From Octopus sinensis (taxonomy: Eukaryota), in NCBI RefSeq assembly GCF_006345805.1, contig NC_043010.1:27404001-27468000 (forward strand): a stretch of 64,000 bases of DNA, written 5' to 3'. The notes under the pieces were generated by a model. That model was not told the DNA's origin and ran no database searches. It worked only from the letters and a program-made list of their open reading frames with translations. This document shows positions 38,220-52,345 of the stretch, piece after piece. The stretch's first letter is position 1. The number at the start of each line of letters is the position of its first letter. Both the position numbers and the translations under genes were made by a program.

Positions 38220-38462
38220 TACACTCAACAGATTAGACTGTTTCAAAAGAAAAAATATTAACATCGGTCTACAACAACCTTAGATGCCAAAAACTCTCGT
38301 AAGTATCCTAGCTGTCCCTAATAACACTGTTTTCTGCAGCTGTACTAAACTGGATTTTATGCCTATTTCCTCTATCCATTTGTTCAGGTCTTTAAGGATA
38401 GTTCCCAATGCACCTATAACTACTGGGATACATTTTACGCGCACTTTCCTTAGTCTCTGTAA
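38220..38462 (-). mobile_element. Separate 3'-terminal copy of the same R4/Dong family
   Basis: Repeats ACACTCAACAGATTAGA..TAGATG(C/G)CAA..GCTGTCCCTAATAACAC of 35885-36120. The 5' junction is a (TTC)n tract. Confidence 0.8.
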
Positions 38463-38570
38463 TTCTTCTTCTTCTTCTTCTTCTTCTTCTTCTTCTTCTT
38501 CTTCTTCTTCTTCTTCTTCTTCTTCTTCTTCTTCTTCTTCTTCTTCTTCTTCTTCTTCTTCTTCTTCTTC
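38463..38570. repeat. (TTC)n trinucleotide microsatellite
   Basis: Directly visible. Gives the poly-S/R/K ORFs. Confidence 0.95.
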
Positions 38571-38927
38571 TCATCATCATCATTGTTATTATTATTGTTA
38601 TATCTATTATTATTATTACTTCTGCTTTCTCCTTTTTTTCTTCGCTCTACTTTACTACTACTACTACTGCCACCAGCAATACCAGCACCACTGCTACCAC
38701 TGCCACCAACCCTCACCACCAGCACCACCATCACCACCACCACTAATGCTACTGATATGCATTTATACGGTCTTTTATTTCGGGTCTTTGCGCCAAGGTT
38801 TTCTTGAATTAAATAGCAATTCCGATATATTAATTAAGCTACTTTGCCTACGAGACCAGAATTCTAAAGAAAGCATACTTGAGACACAACCTCCTTCGCT
38901 ATTGATAGCGATGATGGAGATGTGTGT

Positions 38928-38989
<62 letters not shown>

Positions 38990-39844
38990 GGTGGGGTTAT
39001 CATTATCAAAGGAATCGAGCTACCATTCTCTCTTTTTTAATTAACTCCTTCGATTGAGCAAACATCCTTTTGGATCGAAAATAATAGATTTTCTGATTCG
39101 ATAATTTTTTTTTTAAATCACTAGAAATCTTCTGTGAGCTTCGTTATTATGTAATGCATGTAACATTTTATCTTGATTATGTTGTTTTCTTTTGTTTCCA
39201 TCTTGCGTAGGCACAGCACCAGTAATTTTTTTTCTGGGGCGTGTGTAGGATGGAAGAACAGTCGATTATATTATATTACGTCCAGTACATGATGCATCAT
39301 GACCGAACGGTTAAGAAGTTCGCTTTGCAACCATAAGGTCATGGAGTTCGATTCCACTGCTTTGCGTTTCGAACAAGTGACTTTTGCCGTAACCTGAGAT
39401 TTCTCCATACCTTGTAAATGGAATTGGATAGATGGAAATTGTGTGGAAGTCAATCGGATGGATTGAACCCGAAATTCAAAGTTTCAGCCTCGTCATACAT
39501 CCCCTCACGCAGAATACTCAGCCACTTACACGTTAATTCACCTTGTAGGTAATTCATCATGTGAACATTCATCATTGAAACGGACGGAGAGCCATATCAC
39601 TTAATTTGTATTTTATTTTCTCGACCCCTGGAAAAGATAAAAGACATAGCAGAGCTCGGTGATATTTGAACACAGAAGCAAGGTGCTCAAACACCGCTAA
39701 GAACTTTTTCTGACATTCTTATAATTCTGTACTACAGAGCAATCCACCGGCACCCTTCTTGTTCATCATAACACTGTGCTACGTTTCCCATATGTCTATT
39801 GATCCTCACAGTAATATTGGTTTTACTGTATAGAAAGCTAGGAG

Positions 39845-40060
39845 CAGGAGACATCCAGCCAGGTAGATTACTGGTGCTGATTATGAGGATAACTTTGCCT
39901 TATGATCTGACAAGGTAACACAGCTTGAAAACTTAAAGCATGCATTAGAAAAGGTAGCTTCCGAGATCAAGCTTTATGTGATTACTGCGAAGACTGAATA
40001 CATGTGCTTTGGCGAGAACCGCCAAATCAACTCTGGTGAAAGTCGAACGTTTCACTAACC
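39845..40060 (+). mobile_element. RTE-type RT fragment
   Basis: RRHPAR.ITGADYEDNFAL..LEKVASEI..KTEYMCF..VERF. Confidence 0.6.
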
Positions 40061-40790
40061 TCGGCCTCAACGAGAAGGAAAAGAAAGGTGAGCAATAGAC
40101 GCGCAGGTTGTAGGAGAGGAGGAGGACCTGCCCCTTGGTGTGCCGGTGGAGGCTCCGATTCCCACACCCGTAAGAAGGAAAAAGAGAAGGAAGAGAAACG
40201 GGAGACGGTCAGCGGATATCGCTGTGCCACCGACTGAATCCGATGTTCCTCCGGTGGAAGGTGTGACACCGGAGCAAGAGGCTCCGTCAGTGGGAATTGT
40301 GCCACTGACAGAGCGGGCTGAGGCCTCTCCCCGTGAGGAGGACGTGAAACCCGTCGTTTTCTATCTCAGGGAAGGTCCTGTCGAGAAGTGCTTGGACGGT
40401 CTTCGGTTTGTATAGACTGTCCAAACTGGCCTCCGCAGGTGGCTGCGGACGTCGTGAGTCAGAAGGAGCTGTTCGAGGTGATACTGACCTGTAATAAGGA
40501 AGATTTTGCTTTCTTATTTCCGGGCCCCGACCTGCCGATGCAGGCTTTCCTGCAGGCGGCATGTCATTTGCTTGGGGGCTCCGATGAGGAGGAGTGACCT
40601 TTTAGATTGTGTGTATATTGAATAATTTATTATATATATTTGTAATGGACTATTAAGTCCAATAATTGTCGTTTTTGAGAAAAAAAAAAAACAATGTTTT
40701 AGAGAAGCAAAAATCGGTGGGCGTTTTCTTCTTCTCTCATCAATATCATCCTTGTTCATCATTCACCTCATCAATGTATATGTCCCTCCC
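40060..40790 (+). mobile_element. ORF1-like fragment plus 3' non-coding segment, homologous to 28200-29130
   Basis: RRKKRRKR, SVGIVPLTE, WPPQV..F.F.FPGPDL..A.HLLGG. Shared downstream AACAATGTTTTAGAGAAGCA..TCGGTGGGCG. Confidence 0.7.
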
Positions 40791-40834
40791 ACAAACTATT
40801 CTTTGTAATGCCTTTATGGCAAATCTTAATGAAA

Positions 40835-41180
40835 TAAAGTAGCTTGCTTACCAACCACATGGTGGCACCTTGGGCAAGTGGCTTCTAATATAGCTTCGGG
40901 CCGACCAAAGCCTTGTGAATGGATTTGGTAGACGGAAACCGAAAAGAAGCCCGTCGTATATATGTATATGTATATATATGTTATGTGTGTTTGTGTGTCT
41001 GTGTTTGTCCCCCCAACATTGTATGACAACACTTACGACCCCGTAACACAGCGGTTCAGCAAGAGAAATCGATAGAATAAGTTCTAGGCTTACAAAGAAT
41101 AAGTCCTGGGATCGATTTGCTCGACTAAAGGAGGTGTTCCAGCATGGCCGCAGTCAAATGTCTGAAACTAGTAAAAAGAA
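40835..41180 (+). mobile_element. SINE family B
   Basis: GTAGCTTGCTTACCAACCACATGG..GGTAGACGGAAAC..CCAGCATGGCCGCAGTCAAATG. Confidence 0.85.
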
Positions 41181-41329
41181 TAAAAGATACAAAGAAATAT
41201 AACACTGCATGACCGGTTTAACGGGGATTTCTTCAGAGCCATATTAGAATCAGTTCTTCATTATGGTTCATCAGCATAAATTCTAACGAAAAAACTAATA
41301 AAAGACAGAAAAAGGAAGATTGAAAGCAA

Positions 41330-41700
41330 GCTTGTGGGACCTAGACACGTATGTTGTGCGCTATTCTCAGTAAATCCTGGTGACAACATCCGAAGAAAGA
41401 AGAGTTTTGTGGAAATGTCCCCGATGAATCATCGATCATTCGGGAGCGGAGAACAAGATGGTCCCTGCTATCGAAGGTCACTGCTGGTCACTGCTATCGA
41501 AGCAAAGATTAATTAGTGAGTGAGCTCTTGCTGTGGAATCCAGGACATGGAAATTCCTCATGTCATCGAATGACACAAGAATGATGTACTGTGATCGACC
41601 ATCTCGTGATGTCGAGTTACATCTAGAAGATGCCCCCCCCCCCTCAAAAAAAAAAACATGTCATGAAAGACAGGAACACTTAGAGAAGAACAATGGCCTT
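41330..41700 (+). mobile_element. Old RTE-like 3' fragment
   Basis: Weak: EEFCGNVP..IRERR...GPCYR.. resembles the RTE ELYG.LP..IR.RR..AGHC motif. Confidence 0.35.
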
Positions 41701-42789
41701 GGTCCAGACAACCCATCCGAAACGATAGATAGATAGTTGGAATTGCATATAGATATATCGTTCGCAAGGTTACAAATTTTGTCTTTTTAATGTTAGATAC
41801 ACGCATATATGCATACGTACCTACATACAGGCATATATATACACACATGTAAAGTCTGGCCACAGGTCACTCAGCATATAGCCTCTATAATTTAAGTAAG
41901 TACAATGATAACATTGTGGTAGTGGAGGTTACCTATTTAGAGCTTTACGAAGGCTAATGGAGGTGGTTTAGTGAGCAAAACAAGATCACAATACTCTGTT
42001 AGGTGAACATTCACAATGCACAACGTGTCACTTTTCTATGAAAGGTGTAAAATGTGGAAATAATGACTGCAACACAGGTGCGGATAGGAATAATTCTCTG
42101 GCTTTTTTTATGGCTATGAGTGTGAGGCGAAACATCATCGCTGGGATTGAGCCCTTTGCAATGAGAATGTTACCCTTTCAACATGTATGTATAGCATGCC
42201 TCTTGCTAGGTATACGGACAAACGCATAGACAGACACGTGATGTACGTTGCTCTTCTATCGCTCTTCCCTCCCTCCTCCTCTCTCTCTCTCTCTCGCTCT
42301 GTCTTTCTGTCAAGATGGTGCTCCAGCATGATGGCTACAATCCAATGACTGAAACAAACAAGCACACGGTAAAAAAAAACAAAGATAAAAAACATACACA
42401 CACATTCACAGATATATATAAACACACACACGCACACACACATATATTCCTGTGTACGTATAGATCTGTTGTTGTGTGTGTGTGTAGATAGCAGAGATAC
42501 CAAAATACCAAGTTTTGGATTAGTCTTCTCGTGGTGGACATAATTACAAACAGCATTTTGCAAACACGTTACTATGGAAACTAACATGTCATTACCTAAG
42601 TTTACATGCTTATCTATGTATCTATCTTTCTATCTACCTACCTACCTACTTATCTACCTAACTACGTATACATCAACGTGTCTGTCTATCTCACTATCTG
42701 TCTATGTATGTATCTATCGGTCTAAATATGATTGTCTACATTTCCACCTATCTAACTACCTACGAAGCTATATGGTTAGTTAAATACAT

Positions 42790-42846
42790 ACACTCACACA
42801 CACACACATATAGCTATCTTCTTATCTATCTATCTATCTGTCTCTG

Positions 42847-42881
<35 letters not shown>

Positions 42882-42882
42882 G

Positions 42883-42967
<85 letters not shown>

Positions 42968-43145
42968 ATATATATATATATATATACATATACATACATA
43001 CATACATACATACATACATACATACATACATACATACATACATACATACATACACATAAACTGTTAACTGTCGTTTTTAATTCATGTTTATGGGTTTTCT
43101 GTTGCAAGGAGAAAATTATGTTTGCTTCTTAGAACACATATGTAT

Positions 43146-43181
<36 letters not shown>

Positions 43182-43391
43182 TATGTGCGTGTTGTGTGTG
43201 TCTGTATATGTGTGTGTGCCTCTGTTTATTCATTTCATACGTACACTTTCTCACTCTCTCGCTTTTTCTTACGTATATAGGCATGCGTGTATGCATATAT
43301 GTATGTACACACACACACACACACATACACATATACTTATATATATGTGTGCGTGTGTTGTATATATATATATATATATGTGTGCATATTA

Positions 43392-43435
<44 letters not shown>

Positions 43436-43440
43436 TATGA

Positions 43441-43487
<47 letters not shown>

Positions 43488-43773
43488 GTGCAACATACAC
43501 ACGTGCAACTTACCTTCATAGATATATGAATACACCGGAACTTCATCTTTACAGTGATACATATTCGCTCAAATCATGCTTACACTTTGACATACATATG
43601 TACATATATACATGCATGCATGCATAACACAACACACACACACACACTCAAACGTACTCCCATATCTAAATACAAATTCATACATAGGCGCATACATCCA
43701 TACATACCGATAGACAGCCACATGTAGACATATATATATATATATATACATACATGCACGCACACACACACAA

Positions 43774-43810
<37 letters not shown>

Positions 43811-43830
43811 TAGATAAATACCTATATTGA
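42790..43830. repeat. Compound (ATCT)n/(CATA)n/(TG)n/(TA)n microsatellites
   Basis: Directly visible. Confidence 0.9.
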
Positions 43831-44182
43831 TGCACGTAGTACTTAGCTATATATACCCAGGCATACTTTCAATTATGCATACGTGCGCGCACATACACAC
43901 GCATTCATTCATATATACGTACATATATGATCGTCAAACCTGCATGCAGATAAACATACACACATGCATACTTGAACACATAGAGATATACATACACATA
44001 CATATACATATATACATACACGCATGTGATACAAACATACATAATCACAAACGTACATACTGTCGTATAAAGTCACTTGCTTAGATACACGCAACATACA
44101 CACTAAAATACACATACATACGCGCACACATACACATACATACGCATACACATACACACACACGCACACACACACAGACACA

Positions 44183-44221
<39 letters not shown>

Positions 44222-44589
44222 GCACACACACTTCATTCATCCATTCATTCATTCATGCAATGATATATTAAATCGACGTCGGTTAAAAAACAACTTGTCA
44301 CCACCAATAATAATCTTTTGGGCAGACGCAAGACTGAGTGAAGGTGACTGACGTGAATAACAAATCAAATCTATCGATGCAATGTCTGTTATTAATGCTG
44401 TTTGTCTCTTTAATCATCCTCGTGTGTTTTCCAGTCAAACGATTCAACAGATCATTTACACTGGACCGACCAGTCTGTAGCAATGACGCAATTCTTATCA
44501 CCCGTTTTTGATTTTCCTCAATACGTATGCAGGACGTCAAAGAGAACAAGTTGTACGCTTCTTGTGTTTGTTTATGATCGCTCACACAC

Positions 44590-44955
44590 ACATTTTTTAT
44601 TCTTTTACGTGTTTCAGTCATTTGACTGCGGCCATGCTGGAGCACCGCTTTGAAGGGGTTTTAGCCGGACAAATCGACCCCAGGAATTATTTCTTAAACC
44701 TAGTACTTACTCTATATCGGTCCCTTTTGCAGAGCCGCTAAGTTACATGTACGTAAACACATCAACACCGGTTGTCAAGCGGTGATGCAGAAACATACCC
44801 AGATACAATGACGCACACACATAGATACACACGCACGCACACACATACACACACACATATAATGTACGACGGCTTCCGTCTACCAAATCCACTCACAAGG
44901 CTTTTGTTAGCCCGGGGCAACAGTACTTACTCGAGGTGCCACACAGTGGGAGACT
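44590..44955 (-). mobile_element. SINE family B
   Basis: Reverse complement of the family B body and tail (CAGTCATTTGACTGCGGCCATGCTGGAGCACCGC). Confidence 0.85.
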
Positions 44956-45227
44956 GAATTCACATTAACATAGTGAGACTAATAGCCTGATGTAGAACTC
45001 AATATACGAAAGGTCCAGAGGACAACGTTAGATGAGTGTAACGTCCTCATTCGTAACGCCTGTATTTTCCCAAGCAAAATGCACTTCATATTCAAGGCTC
45101 TGATGGAGATATAGGATGTTATCAACGTACTCCACTTTCAACGGCAGAAACAGCCGTAAGCTAATGAACTTCATTACATAACCTTTGTTTGTGCCGGTGA
45201 TATCTCTTCATATATATATTATATATA

Positions 45228-45623
45228 CTAGCAGTATCGCCCGGCGTTGCTCGGGTTGTAAGGGAAATAACTATATAAGCATTTTTAGAGAGTTATAACC
45301 AAAAAATAGCAAAAAAATGCATTAAAAATTGAAAAAAAATTAAGGTAAATTTTTTTTTAAAATCGTTGACACATTGTAGATATTTTTAGAGAGTTAATTC
45401 CCTTATATAAAAGCGAAAAAAATGCATTAAAATGGAAAAATATGATGGTAAATTTTTTAAAATCGTAGAACTCATCGTAGACGCGCGCTAATACCCAGAA
45501 GGGCTCGATATGAATCACGATTATAAGATACCCGCTTTTGGTTAAACTGCACCGCAAAATGTGGGAGTAGTACGAATCTAAATCGAAGGGGACAGGAGAC
45601 ACAACTTCACTCTTATATAAAGA
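45228..45623 (-). mobile_element. Non-autonomous Helitron
   Basis: Minus strand starts TC (TCTTTATATAAGAG) and ends with hairpin CCCGAGCAACGCCGGG followed by CTAG. Inserted between A and T. Confidence 0.8.
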
Positions 45624-46381
45624 TGCTTTTTTTTCAGTCATAGAGTTAGATTTATGAAGGTCTTCAGTAGAAAATCCTTCGAATTCTGACTCGCTGCTTG
45701 ATATAATGAAATTCGTATCCATTTTTTGTCAGAATTACAATTTTGAAAACACAATAGGAACAAATTTCGGAAAAAAATCTCCCATAATTCACGGAATTAA
45801 ATTACACTCGATTTTTGTACAAAACTGTATTTGAAGTGTTTACGAAGTATAATACGTGTTTTCACGAATGTACTAAAGAGATTTACTCTGATATTCTCAT
45901 TTGAATATGAATAGGTAAATTCGGGCGGTTTGGTAACGAAAGGGTTTATATAAGTGTCGTCTGTTTCATACTTTCAGTTTAGTCTTCCTCAAATCACTCT
46001 GTCGCTAATTTACTCTCTTCCAAGAACATTTTCACTCACTCTTATCTGTTAGCTTGCCATACATTTTACTCATGTATCTATCAGCGTGATAGACAGAAAC
46101 AAATATTACATCTAGTTTCACTTTATTCGTTGCACACTGTGTGTGTGCGTTTGCGTGTGCTGTAAACCAGACTAAGAAAAGCATTTGACATACACACCAG
46201 AATGTGAGTTTTCTGTAAATTTTGCTTAATTGGAGTTTAAATTTAAAAAATGGACCTGGCATGACCCGATGCATTCTACTCTTAAAAATGATAGGTAAAT
46301 TGTAATTGAAGAAATCCTATATTGTAGATTTCTATAACTTACAAAGGGAGGCAGATAAAATCTGCCTTTTATAATAAGAGA

Positions 46382-46946
46382 TTGGGTTGTCCAGAAAGTT
46401 CGTTCCGATTTATAGTAGCTTACCTTTCGACTTATTTTAGAACATGGTTGAGTCCATAAAATAGGATTTGACTACACCTCCATTTAGAGCACAGTTTAAG
46501 CCATCTTTTCGTGGAAGAAGATTTATGTTCCTATAACCTATGTTAGTTCTGTATTCCTTTAAAATAGTAGATAAGAAAGTTCATTTTCGGCATTTGATGC
46601 TTAGGGAACCAGACAAAAATTGCTGCAGTTCGGCTGGGATGTGTTACCCCACCCTCCATATTCACCAGATATTACTCCTTCGGATTTCCATTTATTCAGG
46701 TCTCTGCAGAATAGTCTTAATGGTAAAAATTTCAATTCCTTGGATGACGTAAAAAGATACCTTGATGAATTCTTAGCCATGAAGCCACCTCAATTCTGGA
46801 AAGAGGGTATTTTCAAGTTAAAGGAAAGATGGAGACGTATTGTGCAGCAAAATGGTTCAAATTTGGTTGATTAAAAATGTAATGGCAAGTAGTTATTAAC
46901 CTTTTTCTTTCCTTTAAAAATCGGCACGAACTTTCCGGACAACCCA

Positions 46947-46947
<1 letters not shown>
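46382..46947 (+). mobile_element. Internally deleted mariner
   Basis: TIRs TTGGGTTGTCCAGAAAGTTCG / CGAACTTTCCGGACAACCCAA-TA. ORF 46620-46874 WDVLPHPPYSPDITPSDFHLFRSLQN. Confidence 0.9.
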
Positions 46948-47005
<58 letters not shown>

Positions 47006-47032
47006 TGTGTCTGTGTCTGTGTCTGTGTGTGT

Positions 47033-47335
47033 GGAGGCACATGGCCTAGTGGTTAGAGTTGCGGACTCGCGGTCGAGGGATCGCGGATTCAAATCTTAGA
47101 CCAGGTGATGTGTGTGTTAATGAGTGAAACACCTAAGCTCCACGCGGCTTCGGCAGAAGGTAATGGCGAACTTCTGCTGACTCTTTCGCCAAAATTTTCT
47201 CTCAATCTTTCCTCCTGCATGTTGCAGCTCACCTGCGACGGACTGGTGTCCCATCCAGGTGGGGAACCTATACGCCAAGGAAGCCGGGAAACCGATCCTT
47301 ATGAGCCAGGAGTGGCTCGAGAAGGAACGAAAAAC
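47033..47335 (+). mobile_element. tRNA-derived SINE family C with V-SINE-like core
   Basis: A box TGGCCTAGTGG, B box GGATTCAAATC, core CCTGCGACGGACTGGTGTCCCATCCAGG. Confidence 0.75.
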
Positions 47336-47654
47336 AATATATATATAAATTTATTTATATATAAATTAACATTCAGGGCAAGCGAGTAAGTACACATGCT
47401 TAGCCACATGATTAAAGAAGACGTCAAATGTCTCTGAGCTACCTAAAAAATACCACAATAAATATGCGCCGAATTCAGGCAAATAAACGAAAAAGATTCA
47501 TGAAAAGGTTTAATTATGTATCAGTTGATATCAGGATTAAAGGGAAACCTCTTCTTTGCTATCACACGTGTAATACAACCCAGTGCACATAGAAGCGAAT
47601 AATTTTACACAAACCACAAACCCAACGGCTTCACAGCATATATATATATATATC

Positions 47655-47900
47655 CTCAACAGGCCCTGCCCTGTTTAACATTATCCCGAAAGAGATCATA
47701 AAGGAAAAGGATTTCATCGCCTTTAAACGGAGCCTGGACAGATTTCTTCAAGGAATACTGGATAAGCCATCCATATCTGGATACAACTCACTCAACAAGA
47801 ACTCACTACTTGAATGGACCATAAACAAACTTGAATTAAACATGATTTAGACAATCCTATCAGGTGGTGCTATTAAGTTAGTCATGGCCTGGACCAATCT
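47655..47900 (+). mobile_element. CR1-type LINE 3' fragment (different family)
   Basis: GPALFNIIPKEI..FKRSLDRFLQGILDKP..NSL matches the CR1 C-terminal pattern of the other copies. Confidence 0.65.
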
Positions 47901-47919
47901 TTGGTCGGAACATATCTTA

Positions 47920-48087
<168 letters not shown>

Positions 48088-48189
48088 AAAGGAAATGAAG
48101 AAAATGCTGACAAAATAATTTAAGTAATTTAAGTAATTTAATTAGGTGAAAGTTCTTTTTACCGGTTGCGCATTTGTTATGATAACATT

Positions 48190-48497
48190 TCTATGAGAAT
48201 TTTGATGGCTCACCACGCCTGAACAACTCAAACACTTCCACCCACAAACCACACACATAAAAAGGAACACTCCTAATTCTCTCATACTTTACTCTCTCCC
48301 TTTCAAATCTTGAACAACCATCAAGCACTATCTTACTCCATCCATCAAGTTCTTGTACCTCCCTCTCCCAATTACCAGCTGCAATTCCTGGTAAGGATGA
48401 GTGATGAGCGACTGCCCAAGCAGCCTTTGTATGGTGAGCTGGAAGATGGTAGGACACCAGCGCATAAGCCTAAACTAAGGTTTAAGGATTGCCTTTA
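48190..48497 (+). mobile_element. RTE-clade fragment
   Basis: VRMSDERLPKQPLYGELEDGR...KPKLRFKDCL. Confidence 0.75.
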
Positions 48498-48640
48498 AAA
48501 TGCTCTAATACACACACACAATACACATATACATACATACGCACATATATACATACACACATAGATACATACACTCATGGATACATACACACATAGATAC
48601 ATACATACATGCATAAATACATACATACATAATACATACA

Positions 48641-48672
<32 letters not shown>

Positions 48673-48682
48673 CACACGTACA

Positions 48683-48880
48683 GTGTTTCAGTCATTGGAC
48701 TACGGCTATACTGGAGCATCGCCGTGAAGAGTTCAATCGACCAAATCGACCAGAGTCCTTATTATTTTAAAATCTGGTACTTATTCCATGAGTGTCTTTT
48801 CGCAAACCGCTAAGTTATAGAGATGTAAACTAACCAATACTGGTTGTCAACTGGTGGCGGTAGTGGTGGTGGGGACAACA
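48683..48880 (-). mobile_element. SINE family B 3' half
   Basis: TGTTTCAGTCATTGGACTACGGCTATACTGGAGC..ACCGCTAAGTTA. Confidence 0.7.
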
Positions 48881-48968
48881 AACAGTCCAAAATACACACA
48901 CAGACAAACACACAGACACACACACACACACACACACACACAAATATATATATAATATATATATAAAT

Positions 48969-48999
<31 letters not shown>

Positions 49000-49002
49000 G
49001 GC

Positions 49003-49193
49003 TCAGGAGTGGCTGTGTGGTAAGTAGCTTGCTTACCAACCACATGGTTCCGGGCTCAGTCCCACTGAGTGGCACCTTGAGCAAGGTGTCTACTACTAAA
49101 CATCGGACAACCAAAGCCTTGTGAGTGGATTTAGTAGACGGAAACTGAAAGATGCCCGTCATTTATATATATATGTGTGTGTGTGTGTGTGTG

Positions 49194-49224
<31 letters not shown>

Positions 49225-49420
49225 TGTGTCTGTGTTTATCCCCTCAGCATCGCTTGACAACCGATGCTGATGTGTTTACGTCCCCGTAAAGTAGCGATTC
49301 GGCAAAAGCGACCGATAGAATAAGTACTAGGCTTACAAAGAATAAATCCTGGGGTCGACTTGTTTCACTAGGGCCGGAGCTCCAGAATGGCCGCAGTCAA
49401 ATGACTGAAGCAAGTAAAAC
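49003..49420 (+). mobile_element. SINE family B, full length
   Basis: GGAGTGGCTGTGTGGTAAGTAGCTTGC head, internal (TG)n, tail CCAGAATGGCCGCAGTCAAATGACTGAAGC. Confidence 0.88.
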
Positions 49421-49546
49421 AATATGTATGTGTGGATATATATGTATACATATATGTGTGTGTCTGTATGTATATATATGTATATATACACACACACATA
49501 TATATATATATACCTACATATATGTACACACATACATACTCACACT

Positions 49547-49586
<40 letters not shown>

Positions 49587-49678
49587 AACTGTAACAACAA
49601 AAGGATGAAAGCTCGATATTAGATAAATAGAGGATTATTTATGTTATAATTTAGAACAAACAGTAAAAGGCTGTCATA

Positions 49679-49737
49679 ATAGTACTCGGAGTTTCGAATC
49701 TTGGAGCGAAGAGTTACCATACATTCTCATCGGCTAT
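49679..49737 (-). ncRNA. Hammerhead-like motif (U4C variant)
   Basis: AUAG-CCGAUGA-GAAU..AUUC-GAA-ACUC c GAGU-A-CUAU. Confidence 0.6.
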
Positions 49738-50207
49738 AAATATCCGTGAAATAAAAGGGAAGTAACTCTAATAAATGGAAAAAGCAAAAAGATAAAAATA
49801 TAAAAGATACACGCAACCATATTCTCACAATACAAAGACATAAACCTCCTGCGTTCACAACGTCTACATACGTACACACTAAAACATGTATGTGTACATG
49901 TACACACACACTTACTCACACAAACATATATGTGTTTACGTACTCATACATACACACATATCCACACATTCACACGCACACATGTATATGTATCTATGTG
50001 TATATATGTAAGCAACCTCATCCTAATATACATATAGTCGCTTACACGCATACCCGTAACATAATACATATATATTTAGACATTTATGCGTATAAATATA
50101 CGTATATCTATACAAACATACATTTGCAATCCCGCATACACCGTACATTCCACAAACCCTAATAATACAGTTTCATCCGAGAGATAAGTGGGTCTCACTG
50201 AGGGAAA

Positions 50208-50243
<36 letters not shown>

Positions 50244-50564
50244 TGTATGTATGTATGTATGTATGTATGTATGTTTGTGTGTGTGTATATATATATGGGA
50301 GATGGAGAGAGAGGAGAGAGAGGGGGAGGGAGAAAGAGGGGAGAGAGAGGAGAGAGAGGGGGCGGGAGAAAGAGGGGAGAGGGAGTGAGAGAAAGAAAGA
50401 GGGAGAAAGAATGAGTATTAAGTTTTAGGTCATTCAATTTTTCTCAACCGATCAATGGACCAATCAGGTAAACTCATCAATAACGAACATACAATGACAA
50501 ATGGAAACAGATTTACTGCAATGAAGAAAAATATGTAATGGCCATTGTTTATACCTTGTCTTGT

Positions 50565-50613
<49 letters not shown>

Positions 50614-50614
50614 G

Positions 50615-50905
50615 ATACTGCGATAGCCTGGGCTTCAGAGGTCCACAGCTCTTCAATATCCTCCCGAAGGACCTGAGAGACCTGCATGGGGTGGATGCGG
50701 ATGTCTTTAAAATAAAGCTGGACCTCTTCCTGTCAGGTGTCCCAGATGAACCAGCTTCACGGCAGGAGGTGCAGATGAGGGCAGCTGCAACAAACTCTCT
50801 CATGCACTAAATGTCAATTGCTAAAAAGCATTCGTGAAGTAAAATCATGTAGCAACACTAAATGGCGGTGTCCCAGCATGGCCACAGCTCGTGAGCTGAA
50901 ACTAG
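50615..50905 (+). mobile_element. CR1 LINE 3' end
   Basis: CDSLGFRGPQLFNILPKDLRDLHGVD..KLDLFLSGVPDEP. Tail GGCGGTGTCCCAGCATGGCCACAG..CTGAAAC. Confidence 0.85.
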
Positions 50906-50987
50906 ATGAAATGAAATGAATGATATACACGCACATTCATATATACACACATATATATGTATATAGGTAGGTGTATATGTATGTATG

Positions 50988-51021
<34 letters not shown>

Positions 51022-51838
51022 TGTATGTATGTATGTATGACGGGCTTTTTTCGGTTTCCGTCTACCAAATTCACTGTTGGTCCATCAGGGATTATTGTAG
51101 AAGGCACTTGTCCGGGAATTGAAACGACGATCTTACGCCTATGAGTGCCACATCCTAACCACTACTCCATGTAGCTTCTCACCAAAATAATACCAACATG
51201 AGAAAAAGGAGTTCAAAGTAATTTTAGGTCGTTAAATAGAAAACAAAGTACTTGACTCCAAGAACATCATTCTCAGTCTCCCACGGCACAATGTGACAAA
51301 TATCTTTGTTAACGTTTGTCAAACCGGAAATACCAGATGTTGTGCCGTGTTAAAACAGGAAGTTGAAACATTTCTGGCGGCTGAGCAATATCGCTACACT
51401 ATCCGGTCGATGTTATACAAAATTACTAAATGAAAATAAAATACCTTCGCTCATTTTCATTGAAAGCGAAAATTACATTCGTCTGCTTGAATGGTCGTTT
51501 TCTGCAATGATGTCAATTCAATGAAGGAGAAAACAAACGACAATTTCCCCTTCCCTCTTCCAAGCAACAATCTACAAAAACGGCGCCTGTCGCTCACTTT
51601 CTTAGCTTCCTGATATAAATTAGTGTATATCTTACTAACGCACATTGTTTCAATTCACTATTTACCCTTTTGACTTGTTCAAGCTAGCCAGTTATGACTA
51701 CGATGGGGCTTTTTTGTCTTGTCTTTTGTTTTCGCATATATATTCATTTATTTTCGTTGAATCAGCCTTCTTCAATATTTAAACACACTATTGCACACGC
51801 GCAAAGCACACACCTAGACACATAGGCATACACACATG

Positions 51839-51872
<34 letters not shown>

Positions 51873-51974
51873 CATATGTACAAAGAGAGAGGAAGGAAGA
51901 TAGGACGAGAGATAGACACATATATTGTGTGTATATATATATATATTATATATATATAATTATATATATATATA

Positions 51975-52312
51975 TCACTCACGTATATGTATGTATAAAT
52001 GAGTTTAGTGAGTGAATATCTATCTTTCTATATATATAATATATATATATATATATAATATATATAATATATAATATATATATCTGTGTGTATATATATA
52101 TATAATATATATTATATATATATATTATATATCACTCACGTATATGTATGTATAAATGAGTTTAGTGAGTGATATCTATCTTCTATATATATATATATAT
52201 ATATATTATATTATATATATAATATATATATATATATATTGTGTGTATAGATATATATTTAATATATATATATACACAGATTATTATATATATATTATAT
52301 ATATATACAGAT

Positions 52313-52345
<33 letters not shown>

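Noticed and set aside
38284-38937. 217-aa and poly-Arg/poly-Lys ORFs
   Set aside because: Antisense of an R4 3' fragment plus (TTC)n and (CAT/TAC)n repeats.
44985-45030. CUGAUGU..GAAAGGUCC aga GGAC
   Set aside because: No stem II pairing and no U16.1/stem I.
47033-47105. tRNA gene
   Set aside because: A/B boxes are present but continue into a SINE body also found at 27480-27802. No acceptor-stem closure.
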